This document shows positions 1-10,141 of a stretch of DNA of 64,000 bases, one piece after another. Origin of the DNA: Nitrosopumilus sp. (GTDB taxonomy: Archaea > Thermoproteota > Nitrososphaeria > Nitrososphaerales > Nitrosopumilaceae); assembly GCA_965205425.1 (NCBI GenBank), contig CBDBGZ010000007.1:32001-96000 (forward strand), given 5' to 3'. The notes beneath the pieces are model-generated. The model was not told the DNA's origin. It worked only from the letters and a program-made list of their open reading frames with translations, and ran no database searches. Each line of letters begins with the position of its first letter. The stretch's first letter is position 1. The position numbers and the translations under genes were made by a program.

Positions 1-1
1 T

Positions 2-553
2 ATATTTGAAAAAGAATGGTCTGAAGAAGGAAAGTTGTTAATTATTTTAGCTCCATCTGATATTTTATCATCTATACAACTTGAAAATGATTCAAGTGCA
101 AAATCAAATAGATTATGTCTTATTTCTGAGAAACAAAATATTTTAAAAAATTCATCTGACGCACTTGAATCTCTAAAAAAAGCTATTCAGATAGATGAAA
201 ATAATTCAACTGCTCTAAATCTACTTGGTACAATGTTAAATGCACAAAATTCTATTGATTGCATAAAATATTATGAAAAGTGCCTTGAAATTAATCAAAA
301 TTCATATCTGACTTACAACGGTCTAGGAAATTTCTATCTTAAAACAAACCAATTTAAAAAGGCAGAGGACTATTACACAAAAGCAATTAAAATAGATTCG
401 AAAAGATCTGCTAAAATTTACAAAAACCGTGCTTATCTGAGAGAAAAACAAAACAAAAATTCTGATGCTAAAGATGATCTGAAAAATTATTTAAAATATT
501 TTCCAAAAGCTCCTGATAGAGGCGTAATAGAACAAGCAATTAGAGAATTATAA
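2..553 (+). CDS. TPR-repeat protein, 5'-truncated by the window edge
   Basis: Frame is open from base 2; TPR-like helices (ALNLLG, YNGLGNFY, YKNRAYL). Confidence 0.8.
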   Translation: MFEKEWSEEGKLLIILAPSDILSSIQLENDSSAKSNRLCLISEKQNILKNSSDALESLKKAIQIDENNSTALNLLGTMLNAQNSIDCIKYYEKCLEINQNSYLTYNGLGNFYLKTNQFKKAEDYYTKAIKIDSKRSAKIYKNRAYLREKQNKNSDAKDDLKNYLKYFPKAPDRGVIEQAIREL

Positions 554-627
554 TGCGGAGTGCGGGATTTGAACCCGCGGCCTTCAGCTTGGGAAGCTGA
601 CGTCATACCAGACTAAACTAACTCCGC
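554..627 (-). tRNA. tRNA-Gly(CCC)
   Basis: Reverse complement folds as a cloverleaf; anticodon arm TCAGC-TTCCCAA-GCTGA; T-loop GGTTCAAATCC. Confidence 0.95.
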
Positions 628-664
628 CTAGAGGAAATTCATTAACTATGATTAAATATCTTAA

Positions 665-853
665 TTGGTAAACTACAATATGGATGCAAGATGTCCTGAA
701 TGTGAAAAAGTTGCAATCTTAGATGATGATGTTACGAATGTAAAATGCCCTCATTGTAATTTTGAAGCAGATTATGATACCTATCTTGAAATAATGAAAG
801 ACCAAGCAATCAATATGTCATCTGAATATATTCCTGATAGACCGGGAATTTAA
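665..853 (+). CDS. Small Zn-ribbon protein
   Basis: CPEC...CPHC motif pair. Confidence 0.75.
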   Translation: MVNYNMDARCPECEKVAILDDDVTNVKCPHCNFEADYDTYLEIMKDQAINMSSEYIPDRPGI

Positions 854-976
854 TTACCAATAATTTCCTTTATCTGAGCAATCTAAATGAGCTCCACAAT
901 TGGGACAAAACATATGACATGCTTGCATGTCCACCATTTTGTTATCGCATCTTGGACATCTGATCTCTTCTACCAT
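854..976 (-). CDS. 40-aa CPxCG-type zinc-finger microprotein (not in ORF track)
   Basis: Manual translation MVEEIRCPRCDNKMVDMQACHMFCPNCGAHLDCSDKGNYW*. Confidence 0.7.
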   Translation of the reverse strand: MVEEIRCPRCDNKMVDMQACHMFCPNCGAHLDCSDKGNYW

Positions 977-1050
977 GCCTATCTTTGACAATCTTGATTT
1001 AAAAATAATGTCCAAAGGTTAATTAGTCGTTCAACTTTTTTTTGGAATAC

Positions 1051-1452
1051 TTGGCCAACTTCAAACTTACCATCTCTGATATTAAAGGAAAGTCAGTTTC
1101 AAAGGAACTCAAAGATAGTGATGCTAATCCATTGTTAGGATTACAGTTGGGTAATGAAACTGATGCATCTGTAGTTGGACTAACTGGAAAATTAAAACTT
1201 ACTGGAGGCAGTGATAAATCTGGTGTTCCAATGAGAAATGATGTTCATGGTGCAGCAAGAAAAAAAGTTTTACTTTCTAAAGGAGTTGGATTACAAGATG
1301 CAGAATATGGACAAAGAAAAAGAAAACTAATGCGTGGAAATACAGTATCTGAAGAAATCTATCAAGTAAATTGTAAGTTTGATGGAGAATTACCAGTTGA
1401 AGCTCCTACAGAAGATGCTGCAGCAGAAAAAACTGAAGATAAAAAAGAATAA
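1051..1452 (+). CDS. rps6e: 30S ribosomal protein S6e
   Basis: LKLTGGSDKSGVPM and RKRKLMRGN motifs; lies upstream of aIF2-gamma as in other archaea. Confidence 0.95.
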   Translation: MANFKLTISDIKGKSVSKELKDSDANPLLGLQLGNETDASVVGLTGKLKLTGGSDKSGVPMRNDVHGAARKKVLLSKGVGLQDAEYGQRKRKLMRGNTVSEEIYQVNCKFDGELPVEAPTEDAAAEKTEDKKE

Positions 1453-1483
1453 CTTAACATATACCGATTCTACTTTTTGACTC

Positions 1484-2746
1484 ATGCATTGGAGAGAAAC
1501 TCTTCCTGATTGGTATATCAAAAAATATGGTTATCAACCATGTGTAAACATTGGTACTGCAGGTCATGTAGATCATGGAAAAACTACTCTCATTCAAGCT
1601 TTAACGGATTCATGGACTAGTGTACATAGTCAAGAACTAAAACGTGGAATTACAATACGTGTTGGTTATTCTGATGCTGCTTTTTATAAGTGTAAAAAAT
1701 GTGAAGAACCATTAGGATATTCAACAACTCCAAAATGTAACAATTGTGGGAAAGAAAGTGAATTATCTAGAGTTGTAAGTTTTGTTGATAGTCCTGGTCA
1801 CGAAAGTTTGATGGCAAACATGCTTTCAGGTTCAGCATTAATGGATGGAGCATTACTCTTAGTTGCTGCAAATGAAAAAGTCCCTAAACCTCAAACAAAA
1901 GAACATCTTTTAGCACTTCAAACTCTAGGAATTCAACAAATCGTTGTAGTTCAAAATAAAGTTGATCTACTTTCTTACAAAGAAGCAGTTGCAAATTATC
2001 AAGAAATTACTAAATTTGTTAAAGGGAGCCATGCTGCAAAAGCACCAGTAATTCCAATTTCTGCACAATCTGGATTGAATATTGATGCACTTATTGGTGC
2101 TATTGAATCAACAATAAAAACACCTGAAAGAGATGAAAAAGCTGATACTATAATGCATGTTTTACGTTCTTTTGATGTAAACAAACCTGGAATAAAATTA
2201 AAAGATATCAAAGGAGGTGTTATTGGTGGAAGTCTTACTCAAGGAATTTTCAATGTAGGTGATGAAATTGAAATCAAACCTGGAATTATGAATGAAAAGA
2301 AAAAGACGTATGAACCATTAATGACTGAAATTACTTCATTAGGAACTGCTGCAGGAATTGTTGAATCTGTAAAACCAGGAGGTTTAGTTGCTATTGGAAC
2401 AAAATTAGATCCTGCTATGACTAGAAGTGATTCATTTATTGGTTCAGTAATTGGTAAACCCGGTACACTTCCTGAAAATTCTACTTTGCTAAAATTAGAA
2501 GTAAACCTGTTTGATTCAGCTGTAGGTGCAACTGAGGATATCAAAGTACAACCAATTTCATCTGGAGAATTACTCAGGTTGAACATAGGAACTGCTCCAG
2601 TATTAGGTAAGGTTACCAAAATAAAATCAAAGAATATAGAGATTGAATTGCGAAGACCTGCATGCATCTTTGAAGGTGGTAATGTGGCAATTAGTAGAAG
2701 AATTGCTGAACGATGGAGACTAATTGGTGCAGGAATAGTTGGTTGA
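1484..2746 (+). CDS. eif2g: Translation initiation factor 2 gamma subunit
   Basis: NIGTAGHVDHGKTT, RGITI, DSPGHE, NKVD and a Zn knuckle. Confidence 0.97.
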   Translation: MHWRETLPDWYIKKYGYQPCVNIGTAGHVDHGKTTLIQALTDSWTSVHSQELKRGITIRVGYSDAAFYKCKKCEEPLGYSTTPKCNNCGKESELSRVVSFVDSPGHESLMANMLSGSALMDGALLLVAANEKVPKPQTKEHLLALQTLGIQQIVVVQNKVDLLSYKEAVANYQEITKFVKGSHAAKAPVIPISAQSGLNIDALIGAIESTIKTPERDEKADTIMHVLRSFDVNKPGIKLKDIKGGVIGGSLTQGIFNVGDEIEIKPGIMNEKKKTYEPLMTEITSLGTAAGIVESVKPGGLVAIGTKLDPAMTRSDSFIGSVIGKPGTLPENSTLLKLEVNLFDSAVGATEDIKVQPISSGELLRLNIGTAPVLGKVTKIKSKNIEIELRRPACIFEGGNVAISRRIAERWRLIGAGIVG

Positions 2747-3107
2747 AGTAATCTGTGACACAAATTTTCTAATTCATTTAGCCACAAATAGAATCAAAAA
2801 TTTAGATTATCTGGATGTTGAAATAGGTCAAATCACATTTGTTGTACCTCAAGTTGTAAAAAATGAACTATTTGACTTAGAAAAAAAACCGGAAAAAAAA
2901 CAAGAAATTCAATCAACTTTGAATTATATCAAGAATTTTAAAATAATTCCAATTTTAGGTTCATTTGCTGATAAAGAACTAATTGACTATGTATCAAAAA
3001 ATAGAGTTATTGTAGCTACAATGGATAAAGAACTAAAAAAACAGATCAAAAATAATGGAAGTTCAATAATGTCTTTTTCAAATAATAAAATAGTTTTAGA
3101 ATCTTAG
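2739..3107 (+). CDS. PIN-domain protein (Fcf1/Utp24-like)
   Basis: ICDTNF...VATMDKEL; usual position after aIF2-gamma. Confidence 0.85.
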   Translation: MVEVICDTNFLIHLATNRIKNLDYLDVEIGQITFVVPQVVKNELFDLEKKPEKKQEIQSTLNYIKNFKIIPILGSFADKELIDYVSKNRVIVATMDKELKKQIKNNGSSIMSFSNNKIVLES

Positions 3108-3141
3108 AAATATTTAACTTCAAGATATTACAAATGACTGT

Positions 3142-3594
3142 ATGGTTTTAACTCTAGAAAGTAAAGCATTTAAAAATGGAGGATCTATTCCAAAAAAATT
3201 TGGTTATAAACATGGAAATGTTAGTCCTTCTCTAACAATAACTGGAATTCCTGAAAGTACTGTTTCACTATCTATGATAATGGATGATCCTGATGCTATG
3301 GGTGCTGTTGGAAAAATCTGGGTGCATTGGGTTGTATGGAATATTGATCCTAAAAATTCTGAATTTATTGAAAATAATATTCCTTCAAATTGTGTTGAAG
3401 GAGAAACCGATTTTGGTGAAATTGGTTATGGTGGACCTGCACCTCCAGATAAAGAACACACGTATATCTTCAGATTGTATGCATTAAACCAAAAGTTAGA
3501 GGCAATCAAAGGTTCAACTAAAAAAGAAATACAATTAGCAATGAAAAATCATATAATTGAAGAAACCATACTTCAAGGAAAATTTGCTCCTTAA
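3142..3594 (+). CDS. YbhB/YbcL family (PEBP) protein
   Basis: DDPDA, HWVVWNI, YGGPAPP, HTYIFRLYAL. Confidence 0.92.
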   Translation: MVLTLESKAFKNGGSIPKKFGYKHGNVSPSLTITGIPESTVSLSMIMDDPDAMGAVGKIWVHWVVWNIDPKNSEFIENNIPSNCVEGETDFGEIGYGGPAPPDKEHTYIFRLYALNQKLEAIKGSTKKEIQLAMKNHIIEETILQGKFAP

Positions 3595-3658
3595 TGTAAA
3601 AAGATTTTAAGATTTTTTATACAAAGAGTAATAAACAAAGTTTTTTAAAAAATATTTA

Positions 3659-5794
3659 TTGCAAGCAAATGCTAAACTTATTTCTCTAGGTAATTTTGAT
3701 TTTAAATTAAATCATTTATTAATTATTGGAATTCTGATTTTATCCTTTTCTATATCATTTTTACTTAGATCTCAACCAGCTCAATTTGGTTTTGAATTAA
3801 ATGAATTTGATCCTTTTTTTAATTATAGAGCAACTCAATATGTTGTAGATAATGGAATTAACGCATATTTTGAATGGAATGATAGTTTAAGTTGGTATCC
3901 GCAAGGTAGAGATATTTCTAGCAATTCTCAAATTATACTTCATTTAACAGCTGCCACAACATATGGGATTTTTGGAGGAGGTATGGATCTTTATGATTTT
4001 ACAATTTTATTTCCCGTTGTGTTTGGATCTTTATCTGCAATAGTAATTTTTGCTTTAGTTAGAGTTATTGGTGGTACCACTGCTGGATTATTTTCTGCAC
4101 TATTATTTTCTATTTCTTTACCCATTTTAATTCGAAGTCCAATAGGTTGGTTCAAATCAGAACCTTTGGGATTATTTTTAGGATTATTGGCAGTATATCT
4201 ACTGTTAAGTGGAATAAATTCTAATAATAAAAAAATTGCATTTGTTAAACTTGTAGGATCTGGAATTTTTACTGCATTTGCAATATCAGCATGGGGCGGA
4301 AATCAATTTTTTGTTATTCCGATAGGCATTTTCATTCTTACTTTGCCATTCTTAAGATCTGATCATAAATTTATTTTATGGGCAATTCCTCTTTATACAA
4401 TTTCTGCTCTTTCTATTTCTTTTGTCTTTGAAAGATTAGGATACAATTTTGTTTTTGGAGTAGGTGGAATGTTATTATTAATTCCAACATTATTTTTAAT
4501 TTCTTGCATTTTTATTCAAAACAAAAGCTCAAAACACAAATTGAGAAATGGATTATTATTTTTGCTGGCACTTTTAATAATTTCGCCTATCATTCTTGTT
4601 ATTAATTTTGATGCTAACTTTTTACCACTTCCTAGTCATAGATATCTAAATGCTTTGAATCCATTTTTAACTACAACTGATCCACTAGTAGATTCTGTAT
4701 CTGAACACGCCACTACAACTTTAGCACAATCATTCTTGTTTCATTCGGTCTTAATGATTTTTTCAGGTATGGGAATTTGGCTTATCATAAAAAATATTCA
4801 AAATAAAAATTCTAATTTTATGAAAAATGATATGATATCATTTGCATTAATTTTAGGAATAATTGGAGTTTATGTTAGTTCAACATTTGTTAGATTGGAA
4901 GTTTTTGCATCTATATCAATTATTATTTTAGCATCTTTAGGATTATCTATACTAACAAAAGATTTATTCAATAATTCTAGAACAAGGAAACCAATTAGTA
5001 AATTAATGCAAGTACCGTATGTTGCAGGAATTATAATTCTCTTAATGATCCCTCTAGTTTATCCAATAGGTTCAGAGGTTTCTTCTTTAACAAATGCACC
5101 TCCAACTATTTTGAATGGTGGGGCTGCTTATACCGTATCAACAAATGATTGGCTAGATACACTAGATTGGTTAAAAAATAATACTCCTAAAGATGCTGTA
5201 GTTGCCTCTTGGTGGGATTATGGATATTGGATTTCTACAATGGGTGAAAGAGCAACTTTAGCAGATAATTCTACTATTAATACAAAAACTATTCAAAATA
5301 TAGCAAAAATGCTACTTGGTGAACCTGATTTGGCTTGGAATCAGCTTAATCAAATGCAAGCAGATTATGTTATTATTTTTGTGACTGGTGAAAAATTAGC
5401 TCTAGAATCTTCAGAATCATTTTATAGATTAGGTGGTGGTGGTGATGAATCAAAAAAACAATGGTTTATGAGAATTGCTGGATTAGATGAAAGGAAATTT
5501 TTGCATTCAGATGGTGCAAGTGGAACTGATTATTTCTGGAATGAAACTTTACTTGGACAAATGTTCCCCTTTTCTTTATTGGGATATGTTAATCCTAATA
5601 ATTTGAATGATCAATCTATATCATATGTACCTGGAATGATTGGAATCTATGAAAAAGATGTCAAATATCCTTTAGATGGAAATGGACCACTAAGATTAGT
5701 TTATGCATCTTCTGGTTATACTGAAGAAAAAACTGGTCCAATGCTTGGAGTTTTTGTTTATGAAGTAAACAAAGATTACAAACCTTTGTTATAA
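3659..5794 (+). CDS. aglB: Oligosaccharyltransferase (STT3/AglB)
   Basis: EFDPFFNYR, multiple TM helices, SVSEH, WWDYG. Confidence 0.93.
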   Translation: MQANAKLISLGNFDFKLNHLLIIGILILSFSISFLLRSQPAQFGFELNEFDPFFNYRATQYVVDNGINAYFEWNDSLSWYPQGRDISSNSQIILHLTAATTYGIFGGGMDLYDFTILFPVVFGSLSAIVIFALVRVIGGTTAGLFSALLFSISLPILIRSPIGWFKSEPLGLFLGLLAVYLLLSGINSNNKKIAFVKLVGSGIFTAFAISAWGGNQFFVIPIGIFILTLPFLRSDHKFILWAIPLYTISALSISFVFERLGYNFVFGVGGMLLLIPTLFLISCIFIQNKSSKHKLRNGLLFLLALLIISPIILVINFDANFLPLPSHRYLNALNPFLTTTDPLVDSVSEHATTTLAQSFLFHSVLMIFSGMGIWLIIKNIQNKNSNFMKNDMISFALILGIIGVYVSSTFVRLEVFASISIIILASLGLSILTKDLFNNSRTRKPISKLMQVPYVAGIIILLMIPLVYPIGSEVSSLTNAPPTILNGGAAYTVSTNDWLDTLDWLKNNTPKDAVVASWWDYGYWISTMGERATLADNSTINTKTIQNIAKMLLGEPDLAWNQLNQMQADYVIIFVTGEKLALESSESFYRLGGGGDESKKQWFMRIAGLDERKFLHSDGASGTDYFWNETLLGQMFPFSLLGYVNPNNLNDQSISYVPGMIGIYEKDVKYPLDGNGPLRLVYASSGYTEEKTGPMLGVFVYEVNKDYKPLL

Positions 5795-5798
5795 ATTT

Positions 5799-5954
5799 CT
5801 AAGAATATCTTTCAGCTAATCTATATCTCATGTATTTGTCATCTGGTGAAAATTTAGCAGGATGCACTGAAATTGTTTCTTCACCACATTTAGGACATTT
5901 TTCTTTTAATGTATAGTGACTACATTTTGAACATTTTCGTAACAAAAATCGCAT
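5799..5954 (-). CDS. nop10: H/ACA RNP protein Nop10 (not in ORF track)
   Basis: MRFLLRKCSKCSHYTLKEKCPKCG...HPAKFSPDDKYMRYR; directly downstream of aIF2-alpha. Confidence 0.93.
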   Translation of the reverse strand: MRFLLRKCSKCSHYTLKEKCPKCGEETISVHPAKFSPDDKYMRYRLAERYS

Positions 5955-5955
5955 T

Positions 5956-6753
5956 TTAATTTTCTCGAGTTTTCTTTGAATCTTCTCTAGTAAATTTGAA
6001 TGAGCCTTTTTTCTTTTCTATTTTATTTTCAATTTCTTCAATAATTGGTTTTAATAGTTTTTCAGCAGATTTGAAATCTTCTGAAGTAATTGATAATCTG
6101 TATTTGGGTGCTCCTAAATATGTAATATCTATTGTAGAATCTTTTTTTATTACATCTAACAATGTTTTTTTAATTATTTCAACACCATCTGATTTATTAC
6201 TTGTAATTTCCATAATTCCTCTAATTTCAACTGAAGGGAGTTTAATTTTAGAGCAAATATCTTCAATTATTGTTGCAGTTTTCTTTGCAATTTTTAGTTC
6301 TTTGACAGATTCAATTCCATTTCTTCCAATGGATATGAATGCATCATAGACTGAATCAAATTTCGAATAAATACTATCTTCTAACTTTTCAATTTCCTCA
6401 TCTGTTAATTTAGCTTTTTCTTGAACATTTTGTAATAGTGTTTTTCCTTTTTCAAACTTTTTTACTTCTTTAAGTTTTTGTTTTTTCTGATCTTTTGAAA
6501 CTTGTTTTAATGAAAGATCAATATCTCCACGTTGAGCATTAACTTTCTTTACCAGAAGAACTTTTTTCTCCCCGTCTTTAACAAATCTGTTTACAGATCT
6601 AATCCAACCAGGAGCGATTTCTGAAATATGTAAAAATCCTTGAATATCATCATATTCATCTAGTGTAACATATGCTCCATGATCCATTACTTTAGTAACA
6701 GTAGCGAGAACGATTTCCCCCTGTTCAGGCATTTCTTGAATTTCAGTAGACAT
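5956..6753 (-). CDS. eif2a: Translation initiation factor 2 alpha subunit
   Basis: N-terminal S1 domain (GAYVTLDEY, LHISEI, IDLSLK); GAPKYR. Confidence 0.95.
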   Translation of the reverse strand: MSTEIQEMPEQGEIVLATVTKVMDHGAYVTLDEYDDIQGFLHISEIAPGWIRSVNRFVKDGEKKVLLVKKVNAQRGDIDLSLKQVSKDQKKQKLKEVKKFEKGKTLLQNVQEKAKLTDEEIEKLEDSIYSKFDSVYDAFISIGRNGIESVKELKIAKKTATIIEDICSKIKLPSVEIRGIMEITSNKSDGVEIIKKTLLDVIKKDSTIDITYLGAPKYRLSITSEDFKSAEKLLKPIIEEIENKIEKKKGSFKFTREDSKKTREN

Positions 6754-6793
6754 TTCTTCTAAAATTTCCCCATGCGTAAATTAATGTTCCTAG

Positions 6794-7327
6794 TTAGAAA
6801 TCAATACCTTTCTTTGCTTTAATTCCTTGTTGAAATGGATGTTTTATTTCTCTCATTTCTGTTACTAGATCAGCAATTTCAATGACTTCATCTTTGGCAT
6901 AATTACCCGTTAATATCAAATCTACATCTTTTGGTTTTGACTTGATAATATTGAGAACATCATCTACTGAGATCAAATTGAGATTTACTGCATAGTTTAT
7001 CTCATCTAAAATTACAATATCATAATTTCCTGACTGAATTTTCTCATTACTGATCCTTATGGCTTCTTTTGCAACTTGTTTATGATCTTCTTTTGAACTT
7101 TTATCATCAATTATGCCTACAAACCCTTTTCCAACTGCAACCATTTCAAATTCAGGTTCGAGTCTTTTTGATGAATCCATTTCACCATAATGCCATGATC
7201 CTTTAATGAATTGAATCATGCAAGTTTTCTTTTCATAACCACTTGCTCGTAATGCAATTCCTAATGCTGCAGTTGTCTTACCTTTTCCTTTTCCAGTATA
7301 AACAATGGTTAAACCATCTTTCTCCAT
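6794..7327 (-). CDS. cobO: Cob(I)yrinic acid a,c-diamide adenosyltransferase
   Basis: YTGKGKGKTTAALG, QFIKG, ILDEI, KHPF...GIDF. Confidence 0.93.
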   Translation of the reverse strand: MEKDGLTIVYTGKGKGKTTAALGIALRASGYEKKTCMIQFIKGSWHYGEMDSSKRLEPEFEMVAVGKGFVGIIDDKSSKEDHKQVAKEAIRISNEKIQSGNYDIVILDEINYAVNLNLISVDDVLNIIKSKPKDVDLILTGNYAKDEVIEIADLVTEMREIKHPFQQGIKAKKGIDF

Positions 7328-7395
7328 AAGTTACATTCAATTATTCTCACTAAAAACATTGAGGATTTTCAAAAATCTATCAATTTAAATAAAAA

Positions 7396-8769
7396 ATGGT
7401 TCTAGTCATGCAATTGAGAATTCCTAGAATCATAATTGCAGGTGCTACTAGCGGAGTGGGTAAAACATCAATTACTTGCTCAATTATCTATGGTTTGCAA
7501 AAAAAAGGTTTGAGTGTTCAACCCTTTAAGGTAGGACCTGATTATATCGATCCAAGTTATCTATCAAGTATTTCCAAACATGAAACATACAATTTAGATG
7601 CTTGGTTGATGGGTGAAAGTCAACTTTTGAATAGCTTTCTTTCAAACTCAAAATCTAATATTTCTGTTATAGAAGGTGTTATGGGATATTATGATGGATT
7701 TGGAGGTGATTCAAACTATGCAAGTACTCATCATGTGGCAGCTTTAACAAAGTCTCCTGTAATATTGATTCTAGATGCAAGCAAAACTTCTCGTTCTATT
7801 GCTGCAACTGCTCTTGGATTTTTGAAATTTCATAGAAACTCCCGCATTGTTGGAATTATTCTTAACAAAATAGGCAGTAAAAAACATGAACTTTTGTGTA
7901 AAAGTGCTCTAGAAAAAACTAAAATTCCAATTATTGGTGTAATTCCAAAAAACCCTTTATTGAATATGTCGTCTAGGCATCTTGGATTAGTTTCAACATT
8001 AGAAAATAAAATTCTCAAAAAACAAATTGAAAAAATATCTAAAATTATTTCAGAAAATATTGATATTAACCAAATTATAAAAATTGTAAAAAATTCATCT
8101 GATCTTTCTAAAAAATCTAAACCTACATCCAAAAAAATAAAAACTACCATTGCTGTTGCACTTGATACTTCTTTTAATTTCTATTATCAAGATAATTTAG
8201 AAGCTCTACGTCGTGAAGGTGCAAAATTAAAATTTTTTAGTCCTGTAAAAGATAAAAAAATTCCAAAGTGTGATGGTCTTTACATTGGTGGTGGATTCCC
8301 TGAAGTTTTAGGCAATTACCTTGAAAAAAACCAAATCATGAAAAAATCAATAAAAAAACTATCTGAAGACAATCTTCCTATTTATGCTGAATGTGGTGGA
8401 TTGATGTATTTGACAAGATCTATTTTTTCTAAAAATAAAAAATATAAAATGATTGGTATATTTGATGCAGAAACTAAAATGACAAAGAAAATGAGATTAA
8501 ATTATACAAAAGGTAAGATAATTTCAAAAAATCCAATATCTGAAAAACTACATAATTTTAAAGGACATGAATTTCACTATTCACATTTAGATTCGGTTTC
8601 ATCTGATTCAAAATTTGCTTACTCTTTAGAAATTGGTGAAGGAATTAAGAAACATCAAGATGGATTAATTCAAGATAATACTTTAGCGTCATATGGTCAT
8701 CTCTATTTTGATAGCTCAAATTATGCAGAAATTTTTGTTAAAAATTGTATGAAATATTCAAAGAGATGA
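7396..8769 (+). CDS. cbiA: Cobyrinate a,c-diamide synthase
   Basis: SGVGKT, FKVGPDYIDP, AECGGLMYL, GHEFHYS. Confidence 0.93.
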   Translation: MVLVMQLRIPRIIIAGATSGVGKTSITCSIIYGLQKKGLSVQPFKVGPDYIDPSYLSSISKHETYNLDAWLMGESQLLNSFLSNSKSNISVIEGVMGYYDGFGGDSNYASTHHVAALTKSPVILILDASKTSRSIAATALGFLKFHRNSRIVGIILNKIGSKKHELLCKSALEKTKIPIIGVIPKNPLLNMSSRHLGLVSTLENKILKKQIEKISKIISENIDINQIIKIVKNSSDLSKKSKPTSKKIKTTIAVALDTSFNFYYQDNLEALRREGAKLKFFSPVKDKKIPKCDGLYIGGGFPEVLGNYLEKNQIMKKSIKKLSEDNLPIYAECGGLMYLTRSIFSKNKKYKMIGIFDAETKMTKKMRLNYTKGKIISKNPISEKLHNFKGHEFHYSHLDSVSSDSKFAYSLEIGEGIKKHQDGLIQDNTLASYGHLYFDSSNYAEIFVKNCMKYSKR

Positions 8770-9399
8770 TTCTGCTCTAATTAGTTTGAAAATTGCGTTA
8801 ATTGTTGCAGATACTGACGAGCTTCCTCCTTTTCTTCCAATATTTGTGATAAATGGGGCTCCTTCCAATTTAGATAATTCTTCTTTTGACTCTGCAGCAC
8901 AGATGAATCCTACAGGAATTCCAATAATTAGGGCCGGTTTTACTATGCCTTCTTTGACCATTTGAATTACTTCTTGAAGAGCCGTAGGTGCATTTCCTAT
9001 TGCTATAACTCCTCCGTCAATATCTGAAATTGCTGCCCTCATTGATACTTGGGAACGAGTTTTACCTTCTTTCTTTGCTAATTCCATAATTTCTGGTTTT
9101 GAAATATTACAAATTACATCATTTCTAAAATCTTTAGGATTTTGTTTATTCATTCCTCCAATTACTCCATTAACATCTACCACTATACTACAACCATTTT
9201 TCAATGCCTTCATCCCACTTTCAATTGCATCTTTGTGAAAAATTAATTTGTTTTTATCTGCAAAATCAAAATCTGCTGTAGAATGAATAATTCTTCTAAC
9301 AATAGGCCATTCTTTTTCACTAAAATTATGTGAACCTATTTCATCTTCAATCATTTGCATACTTGCATCTTCAATTGATTGACCTTTTTTAGTTTGCAT
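8758..9399 (-). CDS. cbiC: Cobalt-precorrin-8 methylmutase
   Basis: RRIIHSTADF, IGNAPTAL, PVGFI, GRKGGS. Confidence 0.93.
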   Translation of the reverse strand: MQTKKGQSIEDASMQMIEDEIGSHNFSEKEWPIVRRIIHSTADFDFADKNKLIFHKDAIESGMKALKNGCSIVVDVNGVIGGMNKQNPKDFRNDVICNISKPEIMELAKKEGKTRSQVSMRAAISDIDGGVIAIGNAPTALQEVIQMVKEGIVKPALIIGIPVGFICAAESKEELSKLEGAPFITNIGRKGGSSSVSATINAIFKLIRAESSL

Positions 9400-10141
9400 T
9401 TTCTACCTCTTTTGCTCTCTCTAATATCAGATCTACCATTTTTTGATCTGTTCCAATATGTTTTGTAATGTATGCTTTTTCAATACTAGATTTTTCAAGT
9501 GCTGGTATCAAATCATTATTAATATCAGTTTTAACATGTGCACCTTCATGAAGAAAATAAAAAACGATTACCAATACTTTGGGATTATCTTTTTCACATT
9601 TCTTAATCCCCTCAAAAATATCTGGTTGTTCTATTTCTAACCAACATCTACTAACATTTCTGTATGAATTTGTTAATTCATTTACAATGTAATCTAATGA
9701 CATTTGTGCATTAGGATCTTTACTACCATGCCCAATAATCATTACATCTACTTCGTTATTTGAAAGTGTAATTTTATTTTCTTCTAGTGTTGTAGATATT
9801 CTATTTTCAACAACATCTACCAAAGTTTTATGCATGCTCATTTGTTTTGTAACTACAAATTTTACATTGGTGTCTTTTTGATATTTCATTACCTCTGTAA
9901 CTGCAATTTTCACTTTTTTACCAGGATACAAAAAGTAAGGAACTATAGTTAAGGAATCAATATCTTGATTTAGACACTTGGGAATTCCATCTTCAATATA
10001 TGGTGGTTCTACCTCTAGAAAACAAAAATCTGTGAAAACATAGTCGCCTTTTGTCTTAATTCCTTGACAAATTACATCTAACTCTTCAGATGCTTCTCTT
10101 TCTCTACTCCCTCTATCAATTAGTAGTAATCCTCTTTTCAT
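9389..10141 (-). CDS. cbiX: Sirohydrochlorin cobaltochelatase (two-domain CbiX)
   Basis: Two CbiX-like halves (DRGSR / GHGS; PYFLYPG / YFLHEGAH); cobalamin cluster context. Confidence 0.85.
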   Translation of the reverse strand: MKRGLLLIDRGSREREASEELDVICQGIKTKGDYVFTDFCFLEVEPPYIEDGIPKCLNQDIDSLTIVPYFLYPGKKVKIAVTEVMKYQKDTNVKFVVTKQMSMHKTLVDVVENRISTTLEENKITLSNNEVDVMIIGHGSKDPNAQMSLDYIVNELTNSYRNVSRCWLEIEQPDIFEGIKKCEKDNPKVLVIVFYFLHEGAHVKTDINNDLIPALEKSSIEKAYITKHIGTDQKMVDLILERAKEVENAN

